This document shows positions 1 through 12,579 of a stretch of 64,000 bases of DNA, piece by piece (position 1 is the first letter of the stretch; each line of letters opens with the position of its first letter). The stretch covers positions 4,184,600 through 4,248,599 of the forward strand of contig NC_134036.1 in the NCBI RefSeq assembly GCF_964204645.1. Direction: 5' to 3'. The DNA comes from Tubulanus polymorphus. Its lineage: Eukaryota; Animalia; Nemertea. The notes under the pieces are model-generated. The model did not search any database. It was given only the letters and a program-made list of their open reading frames with translations, and had not been told where the DNA came from. A program made the translations under genes and the position numbers.

Positions 1-520
1 AATCGAAACTTTAGTCGAATATAATTTTGGTTAAGCCATTTTACGTGTATATATATTCGGAGTTAAATAAACGTTTTTCCTTTAATATTAGGGGTATTCA
101 AAAATCATGCTGACGCATTTAATTTAAGTCGTATGATGTTACGCTTCAAAACAGTTTAAAGCATGCACCACGCCTGCCAACGGTTGTAGCACATCTCTTA
201 TGCGTAGATATTTCTTTCGAAAAAGTGTTCGTATAGCAGGCGCCATCTATCGAGCTATGGCGACGCTATACGACCAGATACACGACTGTAGTACATGTTG
301 AAACGAATGAAAACTAACTGAAGGTTCAATTTATACAAATTGTCGAATGAAAACTCGCGCAAAAAACGACGTCGAATTCTATAGTTTTGACGCGTTTTAA
401 GGGTCACCATTACGCAACACATCAAATAAACTCCCATTTTAAAACCTTCTTTAGATTGGTCGCCGTTTACCTATACTAGAATAGCAATCGTTTGACGTGA
501 GCGCGCGGGTTCGAGTTCAT

Positions 521-1057
521 TCAGTTATCCTTCATGAGTAGTTCGTCCTTCAACAATTTCACCAGCGGATGCTGCCGCTTTTCGCCGAGGAAAAACGGGC
601 GCCGTCCCAAATTCGCGGCGAACGTTTTCGAAGCGTCGGCCCGAAAACGCAGGAACCTGTGCACGAATATCGGGTTCGGGTCCTCGCCGGGGAAGACGAG
701 TTTCTTACCGCCGGCCCACATGCGTTCGATCTCATCGACGACTCCGCCGGGCAGCGGTAGGTAGAACTGCACGATCGTCGGGTCGACGATCCATTCCGAC
801 GAGCCGGCGGTTGTGACCTGTACGATGCTGTGGTCGACGCGCTCGTCCCTGTCGTCGGGATCGACCAGGCGCCAGTAGATCCGATGGCAGTCGTCGAAGC
901 CGTTCTCGTGTAGATGATGCGTCAGATTTAGCGACACGGTTCCGCAGTGGATGTCGAAGCGATGACCGTCGGATTCGTGGCCCTGCGCGCACTGCCGGCG
1001 GAAGAAATCTTCGACGACCGAGATTAGGCGGTCGGGCACGGCTGGAGAGTCGGTCAT
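521..1057 (-). CDS. Intronless 178-aa protein with a putative papain/transglutaminase-like Cys-His-Asp triad
   Basis: ATG-started GC-rich ORF in AT-rich flanks. Motifs HCGTVSLNL (C38), DHSIVQV (H76) and WIVDPTIVQF (D92) have the order and spacing of transglutaminase-fold triads. A possible 5' UTR acceptor (aaacag|atatcaacATG) lies just upstream. Confidence 0.6.
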   Translation of the reverse strand: MTDSPAVPDRLISVVEDFFRRQCAQGHESDGHRFDIHCGTVSLNLTHHLHENGFDDCHRIYWRLVDPDDRDERVDHSIVQVTTAGSSEWIVDPTIVQFYLPLPGGVVDEIERMWAGGKKLVFPGEDPNPIFVHRFLRFRADASKTFAANLGRRPFFLGEKRQHPLVKLLKDELLMKDN

Positions 1058-3399
1058 GTTGATATCTGTTTATGCGCGGGTATGGTCTGGGATGAGTTGA
1101 ATATCCGACTTCTAAATCTCGATAACCGAATGGCCGGTACGGGTTTATAGGCCTAATTAACTTCAGTATAAACACTTCCAGTGCACTAACTACAAGTAAC
1201 TCGATATTCCGCCTATTCAATTCTCCACCATCACTACGCGAAAAAAAACGTTTCAAAACACGAGTGAACTAACACAATAACTGCTTTCCAGTCTCGAAAC
1301 ACCAGGTACCGGAATTCAATCCTGCACCGTGGATCGCTGCCAAAAAAGGTTGGCCACAGCTACGAGTTCCTGCAGTATCAGCGCTGCCTTGCTCTTATAA
1401 ATACATCTATTCACTGAATGTGCAGTATGGTTGCTACTGACGCACAGTGGTCAATCCCACGATCTTTGGACTTTTTCGAACACGAATCCTGTTCAGCACT
1501 TGTCGGTCTCCGAGTCGCAGTTCGTATTCCAAGCTCAGAGTTATGTTTACCGTGCAACCGCGACCTTTTCGCTATAGCGTTCAGTGCTACGCGCAAGCAG
1601 GGCCTACATACACGCTTACAGCCTTCACCAGTGCGTACTGCAAAATTTAAATAAAAAATCCCTCGTGAGATAGATACATACAAAAAACTATACGTGTTGA
1701 TGTTTGAAAAATAGGCACCTGAACTCGGTGATTGTGCGACTCAAGAAAAAACTATGAATACATATGCAATAGAAAAACGAATATGAAAGGAACAGCTTTT
1801 ACCGCGGTGAGGCCTATACAAAAAGGTCACGGTAGAATAAATGATCTCCCGTGCTCTTTATTAAGTTTTCAAATATTTTCCAGTTAGTACACGTGCTTTT
1901 ATTTCAAATAGGGAATTTCGAAAAAGTTATTTTTTTTCGTTATGCGCTATGGTATTTTTTCAATATCGGATATACATTGTGCTGGAAGCTTTCTCCGAAA
2001 TAGTTTTTTTTTGTAAGCAGACAAACTAGGCCGCGGAAATGATTGACATAATGGTCTAGATTGTGTCTATCATGTATGTAGTCTGTATCGAAAATTGTAA
2101 ATTGGGATAATCGCCAACTCTCCGCGTTAATAGCACGGTGCAAAAATTAGGGCTGCAGTTTCTAAAAGTGGCCTGCTTGAAATATAGAAATGATAAACAG
2201 AACTAATCGAGCAAATCATGATTCAGAAGATTGATTGGTCGATTAAGTGAATTCATTTTCCGACGTTTTTAACATAAAAGGTCCACAGAGACTGACCGGT
2301 TATTTTGATCTTGAAAAAGGGATTGTTATTTGTTATTTGGTGGTCTGATTTTGAAATCGGAAACAGAAATACAAATATAGTTGACGTGTGATCGGCTGTC
2401 AAATTTGCAATTTTTTTTTGATGAAATCGATATACATAATCCGATTCTATGAAACCTGTTCTGGATTGGTTCGACATTTTCTATAAAAGAACGTGTTAAA
2501 GATGGTTTGTTTTCGTCGACGGTGTGTTTGATTTTTTTCATATGATTTCTGATATTTATGAGTACGTATTCGCGGTGTCCAGTTCTGATTTTCGGGAATG
2601 AGACCGAATGTACATTGGCGACATGCTTCAGTTCAGCATTGCGAACATGTATTTGAATATTTGATATGATATGATATGATTTATATCCAAGTAAGATTTT
2701 CTAAACATTAATGAGTAAGAAAATACATAAAAAATGTCATAATATTAAATGAGAGACTACTTTGAAGCAACATTGAGCTTTTACAAGAAAGCAGCCCTAG
2801 AAAAGATGAAAAATATAAACAAGATGAATATAAAGAGAAGAAAAACGTCGTAATACGGATATAATATTTGGGGTTTGAGAAAAGGTTTACGAATTGGTGA
2901 TGCAAATATTGCTATCATATCAGCTCTGTTAGATAGCGGCTACTTTTCGCACTAATTTTTAGTGTTAACACTTGAAAGTGTAAGTAAATTATTTTTCAAG
3001 ACAAAATATCCCAGGCCTGGAATCCTATCGCAGTGGCATATTTACATAGTAGCCTCAGTGGTGGATAGATTGCAGCAGGTGCCGTGGGGCCTCCGCCCGG
3101 GTTCGATGAGTTTTTCGCGTTTTCTCTAACCTCACTGATATTCCCGTGTATTGTATTTTACCGTTAAATATTTTTGACTACAAATACGCGGGTACCGTTT
3201 AACATTGAAAGCTACGTTTTAGAATATGGACTAGATAGAATTCGAATGTCGCAATTTGTTACTAAAATATCAAACCAGCAATGGAAATTCAGCGTTAAAG
3301 TGTAGAAAAGAGGTTCGCAGTTTTATATCTATGTTTTATTTAGGCGGGTTTGATATTTTGATTAATATTCGAAAATGACGTTCGCATTAGTAACATTTG

Positions 3400-5085
3400 C
3401 TACGCTCACAATTGATTTATTTAAGAAAATCAATTTTGGGAATATACACCCGCCGCTCAACCTTTCAACCTCTGGCATAGAACAAAGCTTTCCCAATTAC
3501 TCTAATAATTCCATATAAATGAATATGAATTTATGAAACTCACATAAATGAATGCGGTTTATATTTGTATGAGTTAGATTTTTTAACATGAAAAGTGTGA
3601 GGAATGTGTGGGTGAAATAATTGAAAAAGTAACGAGTAATTAACGAGTGATGAAAATAAGATTTATTAACTAAAAACATAGTAAATTAATCAAATTTCAA
3701 TAAAATAAAAAGTAACGAGTAATTAACGAGTTGATAAAAATATCAATTTTGATAAAGAAATAACACTCATAAATGAATGAAAGAACAGATGCCACATTTC
3801 AAAGTTATTGATTGACATGAAGTAGAAAAATATTTTACAATTAAACATTTTATTCCTATGAAAGATTTGATTAAAACTGCACGTTTTCATTTTCAAGTGA
3901 ATAATATTACTAAATTAATGTTTAGAAATTATTATCTAATGATAGCGTTATCGAATGAAAAAGATAACATCTTATTCAATACAGCATTTCCGAAATTCAC
4001 GACATTTCATGAAGTAGATAAACATTTAATATTGACTCGTACTGTTTTCAGATGAAAAAACAAATTACAAAGTAAATATAAAACTCATCCTATTTGATTA
4101 TCATTCCTATTCATTCTATTCAATCTATTCATCTTATCATACCATTTTCGTTATTTAATATTCCTATGAAAAATAAATTTGTTCTTTTCCATTTTCAATT
4201 TTTCTACCTCTTAATCTATAAATCTCAAGTACTAATGAATATATATCTTAATTTGTATTATATAATTCATCATTTAGTTTAAGAGTGTATCTGTGATTTT
4301 TTTAAACCCTTTAAATTTTTATATATTTTTATTGCATATTTCACAACATTTAATATCATTAATTTTATCTGATAGGTAATTTATGTTATATTTTAATTCT
4401 ATGTATTAGATTTTGCAATTATCAAATAATTCTAACAACTGTTTTAATGAGTAAATTGAAATCATACCATTCTAGAAATCATTATAATTAACTTAATATT
4501 TTCTTGATTTTTGTAAATTAGATGTAATAAATCTAATATATTTTCACTCAATAATTTATTAGATTTATTCACTAATCTGATTCAATAACTTTTTTTATCA
4601 TTTTTACTTCTATGATTATTTCCATTTCTTCAACTTCTTTAATTTCTTACTTAATTTCATATTTTCATTAATCAGATCCTTACTAATATTTTCATAATAA
4701 AAGTATATAATTCTGCCACTATTAAACATCCAGCAACTGAATAATGTTTTAAATCACTACTTCCGGTTGGAATGAAACCATCCATTTATTTAAGAAAAAA
4801 ATATAAAAGATGAAATGAAAAATACAAGTCTGAGGTTGGGTTCCGGAACAACGACTAGATGCTAGACTAAAAGTGTTGCCGAGTCCCGAACTCACGCTAT
4901 TCGGTATCTGATTTTAAACAAGTAAAACCGTACCATCCACGTATATATTGACCCGCCAGGCTGGTTTCTATTCTGTTATCACAAAAAGAAGATGGTATTA
5001 ACTCTAGGTCCGGCCGGCAGAATTTTATTTTTACCGTTTCTGACCCGGCCGGGGAATGAGAAACAAGGTATCATTTTTTTGCCTT
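3400..5085. mobile_element. ~1.7-kb insertion specific to unit 1: very AT-rich core (~3500-4820) plus a DNA-transposon-like terminus (~4990-5085)
   Basis: In unit 2 the flanking sequences (gttcgcatt... and aattaaaacgggagcccga) are nearly contiguous at ~14275-14330. The terminus aacaaggtatc...ttttt(a)gcctt recurs at ~38710 and ~50190. Confidence 0.55.
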
Positions 5086-5298
5086 AACATAATTAAAACG
5101 GGAGCCCGATTTATTAATATACTGGGCGAAATGAAATAGTTTCACGTCTTAGCGTTTTGAAATAATAAGGGCATGCGAGTAAACGGTGCATGTTCGATTA
5201 CGTTTTGATTGCTTTTATTCTTTTTTATAACATAACGGTCGATCTCTTGGTGTGTTCGAGTATCATCTTACTATTTCACCGGTAATTTTCTGTTACAG

Positions 5299-5463
5299 CG
5301 TCGAACTCTACGCATCCTGCAAATACAAGTAGTCTCGTAAGGCGGGTATCGGTATTGTAGTACTGTACAGAGGAACATTTGAAAACAAATATGAATCGGA
5401 CAACGTTGCGGTTAGGACATTGTTGGTTGTAAGACACAGTCGTGCTTGATTTGTATAAAACCG
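5299..5463 (+). other. Putative non-coding 5' UTR exon of GPCR copy 1 (homolog ~14408-14580 in copy 2)
   Basis: Acceptor tgttacag| and donor ccg|gtaagt. The aligned copy 2 has tttgcag| and cag|gtaggg, and the inverted relic keeps |gtaagt. An acceptor precedes the first coding exon (6278, 15380). Confidence 0.45.
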
Positions 5464-6351
5464 GTAAGTGATTAAATATTTTGTGTGAAATCTATACCGA
5501 ATTTGAGCCTGACGGCGGTGGATCCAGGGGCTGAATTTGACAGGAGCAAAAACGAAATGAAAAGGGCTTACATCCTAAAAAGGGCAAACTCCGCGCAGCC
5601 AAATAAAGGGTCTGGACAATTTTGATATTTCATTACATTTTTGTACGATTTCTTGGCCTTAGGCCCATGAAGGGTCTGCAGCCAGGGGTTGTATTGGCGT
5701 CAGCTTCGGATGGCGGCAATCAAACCCTGGCAGGCGAGGATGTCACCAACGCAAGGCTAAGCGTCGTAGTAGCCGTTCTGAAATTGTACGCAATCGACGG
5801 TGGGCCAGAGCGCTCTATTACTTTTATCAGTGTTATCAAGCGTTTTCGTATTAAGGAAAATATTTCGCGTCTCATCTAGAGATAATTTGCTTGTAAAAAT
5901 ATCTGAATCTTAAATCTACTTTCTCTCACGTATGCGCATTATACTAGTATTCCGTTCAGACACCTGGCGTGGTATTCGGAAGACGTGTAGCCGTAGCGGC
6001 ATGTTTTCACGAATGATGCATATCCAGAAAACCAGAAAGAAGCGAAAATAGATTGAGTATTTTTAAGATAATAATTGGACATAAATTTTAACGCCATGTT
6101 CACTAGATAAAATTGGAAATCGTTGCACAGATAGATGGTAATTACTGTGAAGTTGATCCGAGTCTGAGCGAACACTAATGACAGAACGGATAAAAATACA
6201 TAAGAAATTGCTGGATTCTGATTTGAGCAAATAATTCATTTCACTAGTAGGGAGTGTACAATTCTACATCATTTATAGATAGAAGTTGAAGATCTGTGGA
6301 CAACCAAGCAGAGTTTGGATCGTGGAAGTTTTCGCTCGTTGTATCGTGTTG

Positions 6352-9300
6352 ATGTTGTTTGGTATGGAGCAGCGACTGAGAGCGCTGTTTATATCGTCGC
6401 TGATCGTCTGTCAAGATCGCATCGCACGCGCTGATCGCGCAGACTCTATCGAGGAATCGTCTGTGACGGTAAGTTCGTCTTGTAACAACACGTGGTACCC
6501 CCTAGATTCTACGTCCGGTTACATCGTTTCACCGAATTACCCTTCGTTAACGCGCGGTGTTGAATGTCGTTGGTTCGTCAACAGCTCTTTACCGGGGACT
6601 TTTCAGGCCCGAGTTTACCACGACATCGAGCCATCAATATTTTGCAGTGATAACTACCTTGTCGTCTATCAGTCTGATAACAGATTCTGTGGCAATGGTA
6701 AACACGAAATTCGCCGTAACAATTCGATCCCATTGATGTTTAGAAGTAACGTCGATAGTGCACGAGGAAGTCGGGTTTATATCATATATCGTTATACACG
6801 AAGCCAATTGATTTTAAGTCACGACTGTAACTCCAATTTTTTGGGATTGGGACGATTGCAAACATCGAATGGATACCGATTTGTTTTAGATTTTTTCAAT
6901 CACCAGTGTCAACTATATTTAGAATGGCTCAGACTCCAGGATGGCTTCGCTTTGAATCTGACATTCAGCAACGTTAGCTTCGAATTATATCATATTGTTA
7001 AAACAGCTTCGATTAAGATTCACGACGGTTGGAACACCAGTAGCGAACCTATCGCTCATATACCTGAACAAAAAGGACTAACACCGTCTACGCTTTATAC
7101 TAAAACAAACAAGGCCATCATCGGTCTGCCATCATTCGCATTAAAATTTCACTCAAAATTACATGTGCAGATTTACAAAATATCAGATTGGAACGTATCT
7201 AATCCATTGATTCAGATCTATAATAACGAGTGGGGAGTGCTCATTCCCGATGACAACAGTTTACACATAATAACTCGATCAAAACACTTACACTGCTGGT
7301 CTATCACAGTGCAGGTGTTACAGTACGTCGTCTTCAACTGGCCACGTGATCTCGTCTCGTCCGGTGACGTCATCGGTGTATATAAACTAGAAGGGTTACG
7401 CGTTGTAGGAACTGATATTTTACTCGGTTACAACTACCTGCAATCACTGAGTGTCAAATCTGAAAGCTTTCTCGTCATACTGTGCGTTTTAAGGCCACAA
7501 GAATCAACAAAAAATCATATTGAAATAATCTACAAAATGGAATCGCTTTCGATGACCGATGTTAAGGTTTTTCGGCTACGAGTAAGTATACAATATTTTC
7601 ATATATTATAAATATATTTCAATAATATATATTTCATATATATTTATGTATTTATAAAACAATTATTTCTCCGATATTATTCAAAACACAGATTATGAAT
7701 TCTAAAACTTGGCAACTTTTTCTACAGAATTTGGAGTTTATAAAACCTTTTCGAATGTTCCCAACGAAAAACAAACCGATAGTGACGTATCGCGCAAATA
7801 TATTGAAGCTCACATCGAAATCTAATGTCCATGAATATGGTTTGCGCATGTTGGTTTTATCAGAGAACTGCGAGCGAGCTGGATTTTACATATACGACGG
7901 TGGTAATTTCACGGCTAGACGATACGGTCCGTATTGTCCTCGTTCAACTAGGTACGACCGTAACGTCGTCAGTCTGATTACATCAGGCGGATCAGTAACT
8001 GTACTAGCGTACGCCTACAAATGGGACGGACAGCTGACCGAAGACAGCGAATTGGAACGCCCCTTTCTCAAATTTCAACCGACCGACTGTGTCGGGTACG
8101 TCCTCCAGGAGGGAGAACGGCAGGTCAACATGACGTCACATTGTCTCGTGATTACACCTGAAAATCGACGCCTTCCTTTGAGACATATTTACATATTATC
8201 AAAACACGAATATCAAATTGACCGTTGTTTTACTGGAAAATGGAGGAGATCTTGCAAAAGATTTACAACTTTTAAAAGTCGATTTCTCAATAACAGTCTC
8301 GTATTAAACACGGTTAGGCTTGACAACGAATTCAAGTTCTGGCAATCTCCATTCATAGTTAAAGTACGTCGTAAATGCCAAAGTTTGAAGCGGGCCGATT
8401 CAAGTGGTGCCGGAACGTTTTTACCGGATAAAGATGATTGCGGAATCGTGCAGTCACCGAACTACCCGGGATATGCAGGCTTATTTGCTCAAGCGCTTCG
8501 CTATACATTCGATACTAGATACGTAGGAAGCGCAATTAAATACAGATACTACAGATTCGTTATCAAATATATCGACATAACGCCGTGTTTAAGGATATCT
8601 TTAATGGACAGAGATCCGATCGAGTTTGTTCAACAAATGGACGATTATATCAACGGAAGGCAGATGCACGTCACGCGGAAAATCTGTAAAATTAACCATC
8701 CGTTACTTGGCGGCGTATTTCACAGTTTAATGAATGGTGGCTTCCATTTCGACATAAAAGGCAGAGCCCCGACATTTCAGATACAATACACATTAGAAGC
8801 ATCGTCACCGATCGAAGCGAATCGCTGTCAATCGGGATTCTTTGATTCTGGAATTTCATGCATACGATATATGAGAGGTGAGCGTCTGAATTGGGAGAAT
8901 GCTGAATTGTATTGTAGACAGAAGTACGCGGGACATCTACTCAGTATCAACTCAGAACAGGAAATGGCGGCTATCAAGACGTTATTCGCTACGAAACTTC
9001 TTCGTCATGCTTATTCACAGAAAACCCTCATAATGCTGATTGGATTAAAGCTGCAGGTGACAACCCTAAGTATTGAAGATTAGTAACAAAAAGTTTTGGA
9101 TTTACCATCTGGATAGAATGTTTCTACATAATTTCAGAGAACATGCATTAATGTTTTGTAATACTCTTTTGAATGAATCTCCGAAGACGAATTCAAACGG
9201 CAGTATAACTGCAGATCGTTCGACGTTCATCGTCAATACTGTGTCTTTTTTGCTCTTGAATGCAGCTTTTACTGAAATATGTTTTAATGTATAATGTGTA

Positions 9301-12300
9301 AAAATATATTATGCTTCTGCTTTTCAGCCGAATATAAGCCAATACTTTTGGTCCGATGGAAAACCATTGAGCTATACGGAGTGGTATGAACCTACAAATA
9401 ACGAAACGATACCAGAAGTTATTCGAGGTTTGATATCACCTCTAAGAAAACAACCGATAAATGACGTCAATATGCCGTGCACGGCGATGATACTAGATAA
9501 TCCACGAGGTTCGGCGAACTGGGTTCGATTCCCGTGTCTTATCGAGGAGGTTCATACGACGTTTGTTTGCGAATCGGATAGAAATGAAATAAAGCACGAT
9601 GTTAATATGAATAGATACGAAAATGAAAATAAAGATACCGATGTAAATGATTTATTTCCAAAGCTAGACGACACCAAATTAAGCTGTGTACGGGGAATGG
9701 TAGTTATAGCAGGACGATGTTATCAAATACTGACAAATTGGAACGAAAATCGAAGTTTAGATATTGTAAGCGCGAGAGAAATGTGTCGTGGTATCAGCGG
9801 TGATATAGGTGTGATTCCTTTAACTGTAAATTTCGTAAACTTTTTAGTCACTACGTTTCAATATCAACACCAATATGGCGCCATATTAGTAATGAATGGG
9901 TACGGCAGAGCCATAGTGATACAGCCATTGCTGACCAGGGACTATATCACCTACCATCATTCATTGGTTTGGTCCTTCAAAACCACCGAAAGTGCAGAAC
10001 TTGGTGATGTGCATTCTGTATTATGTTCCTACAATGGAACTGGTGATGACTTGGCTTCTATAAGCGGTTGTAAATCGTGGCAGTTTAAATGTAACGATCA
10101 AAGATGTATCAGTGACCATCGCGTATGTGATACCAGACACGACTGTCAACACGGTGAAGATGAACTCAATTGTACGGATATCAATTTACACAGTCAGTTT
10201 CAATGCGATGATGGTCAGGTGATATCAATGAGTGGATTCTGCGATTTCATACAGGATTGTGTAGATAGTTCTGATGAAGAATCTTGTATTCATCCACCGT
10301 GTTTGTCCGGGCAATTTCGTTGTAGTAACGGTCAATGTGTCGGTAAGACTGGAATTTGTGATGGAGTAACTAATTGTGAAGACGACTCCGATGAAATGGG
10401 ATGCACTGCTGAACTATGTCAGGGCTTCGTGTGTAACAGTGGAGACTGTATCAGTTCTAAGTTGTATCAGGATGGTGTCGTGGATTGCAGTGGGAGCCTT
10501 GAAGAAGATGAGTTAGTAACAACTAGTGTTACAGTGAATCCTACGGTCCAGTGCAATGATGAAAACCACTGTACGACTAACTTCACTAATCTATGCACAG
10601 AAGCTGATGAACAAAGATGTTCTTTTAATTCTCCTCATTGTTATTCAAGACGCCACAGATGTATTCTGGAAAGACTGGTCAATAGTTTCCCAGTTTGTAG
10701 AAATCTTGAGCACGTATTAAGATGTGAAGAATTTGAATGTCCAGCTAGTACCGTAAAATGTCCATCTTCGTACTGTATACCGATCAGACAAGTGTGCGAT
10801 GGTCAATCAGATTGTCCTAATTCAGAAGATGAGTTAAACTGCGAGACATTTTCATGTCCAGGAATGTTTAAATGTGGTCAGGAAAGTCGTTGTATTCCAC
10901 AATCTGAAGTTTGTGATGGTGTTGTTAATTGTAAAAATACAACTGATGACGAGGCTTTCTGTAACGTCACGTGTCCTAGTCGTTGTCAATGTCAAGGTCA
11001 TTCAGTAGACTGTAGGAATGTTGGTTTTATAGATATTACTGGTCTCATCACGATATCAACTCGAATCCTAATTTTGTCCAATAACAGCCTTCTTTTTAAT
11101 GCGTCAACATTTTCTCCTTTCGTCTATCTTCGCATGCTCAACCTTTCCTCAAATAAATTGTCTCAAATTCTACCAAATTCATTCACAAACCTGCATAATC
11201 TACGAACGTTAGACCTTACGTATAACTCGATTACATCCTTTTCAACTAATGCATTCAACGGTTTGTATAGATTAAAAGAGCTTTTCATAACTGGAAATCC
11301 AATTCGATATTTAGAAGATGGTAGCTTTAATGGTTTAATCTCGCTTTCCAGTTTAGACCTTCACGGACTGTACATTGCAATACTTACCGCTAATGTATTC
11401 AAAGGTTTATCCTCAATGACTTCATTGAATATCAGCAGCAATAGAATTGATTTCATATCGGAATATGCCTTTTCTGGTTTACGCGAACTATTGCATCTTG
11501 ATTTATCTAACAATTCCAAATACATTTCCACAGAAATAGGCGTTTTCGACAATCTGACATCATTAGTCTCGCTAACGTCTGATGCTTACAAATTTTGCTG
11601 CATGGCTCCGAATGTTGACCAGTGCCTTCCTGAAGCCGATCCGTTTTCCTCCTGTTCTGACTTGATGGGTAACACAGTTCTCAGAGCTATCATCTGGGTC
11701 ATCGCCGCGTTCAGTTTCTCCGCGAACAGTATCGTCATTTTACTTCGCATTCAACTACCATCATCCGAAACGCGTAACACATCTTCCGACATCCTCATCA
11801 CAAATCTCGCAGCCTGCGATTTCATGATGTCGATTTATTTGTTCTTGATCGCCGGTGCCGATAACGTTTACAAAGGAGTCTATTTTCTAAATTCAGAAAT
11901 TTGGACCGACAGTTCGTTGTGTCGTTTTGCCGGGGTTTTAGTTACTATCTCTTGTGAAGGATCTTTGACATTCTTGCTTCTCCTCACGCGTCATCGATAC
12001 TCGAACATCGTCGACCCATTTTCCGATAGTGTGATGATCACTCCTAAACACCTCACCAGTATTTGCTGCCTTTGCTGGATCATTTTGAGTATAGTTTCTT
12101 TGTTACCGTTGTCACAATCGCCGTACTTCGGTACGAAGTTCTACGGCACTACCGGAGTTTGTTTGCCTATGAATTTACTTTCGATCGACGTCAAAGCCTG
12201 GCATTATTCATTGGCTATTTTTGCTGCGTCGAACTCGGTCGTACTTGCTACAATAATGTGTACTTATGCCCAAATGTACAGATTCGTATCTGGAAGCAGA

Positions 12301-12579
12301 TCCGGTTCTGGTAGAGCTGATCCTACCGAACTGGTTTTGGCACGCAGGAGTTTGGTGATAAATCTTTGTAATTTATTTTGTTGGCTGCCGTTAATCACCG
12401 TTCAGTTTTGCGCGGTACTCCGCGTGGACATACCGAATCAGGTGGCGGCTTGGCTGGCGGTTCTTTTTTTACCGATCAACTCGTCCCTCAATCCTATTCT
12501 TTACACCATACTGACGATTGATATAAAATCCGTACGAGCAAAGAACAAACGCCTCCGCAGACAGAGAAGAATTCTCTAA
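6352..12579 (+). CDS. GRL101-like LGR GPCR copy 1 (CUB-CTLD-LDLa-LRR-7TM), ~1936 aa; exons 6352-7581, 7728-9056, 9328-12579
   Basis: Phase-0 GT-AG introns (cga|gtaagt...tctacag|aat; cag|gtgaca...ttttcag|ccg) join three ORFs in frame and rebuild the CTLD (LIGLKLQ-PNISQYFWSDG..SYTEW). CUB motifs SGYIVSPNYP and CGIVQSPNYP; LDLa CD...DC..GEDE; LRRNT CPSRCQC; LRRs; hinge CC..C.P..D.FSSC; 7TM with NPILY. Confidence 0.93.

Noticed and set aside
534-1256. Overlapping ORFs 534-764, 569-760 and 732-1256
   Set aside because: Shadow frames of the GC-rich 521-1057 gene.
8240-8395. Possible furin cleavage sites between CUB modules
   Set aside because: The basic clusters do not fit R-X-K/R-R and are not conserved in copies 2 and 3.
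6286-12579. Three separate genes per unit (operon-like), as the ORF track suggests
   Set aside because: Conserved in-phase GT-AG sites join them and the CTLD is split by intron 2. The TTG/GTG starts in the track are not eukaryotic initiators.
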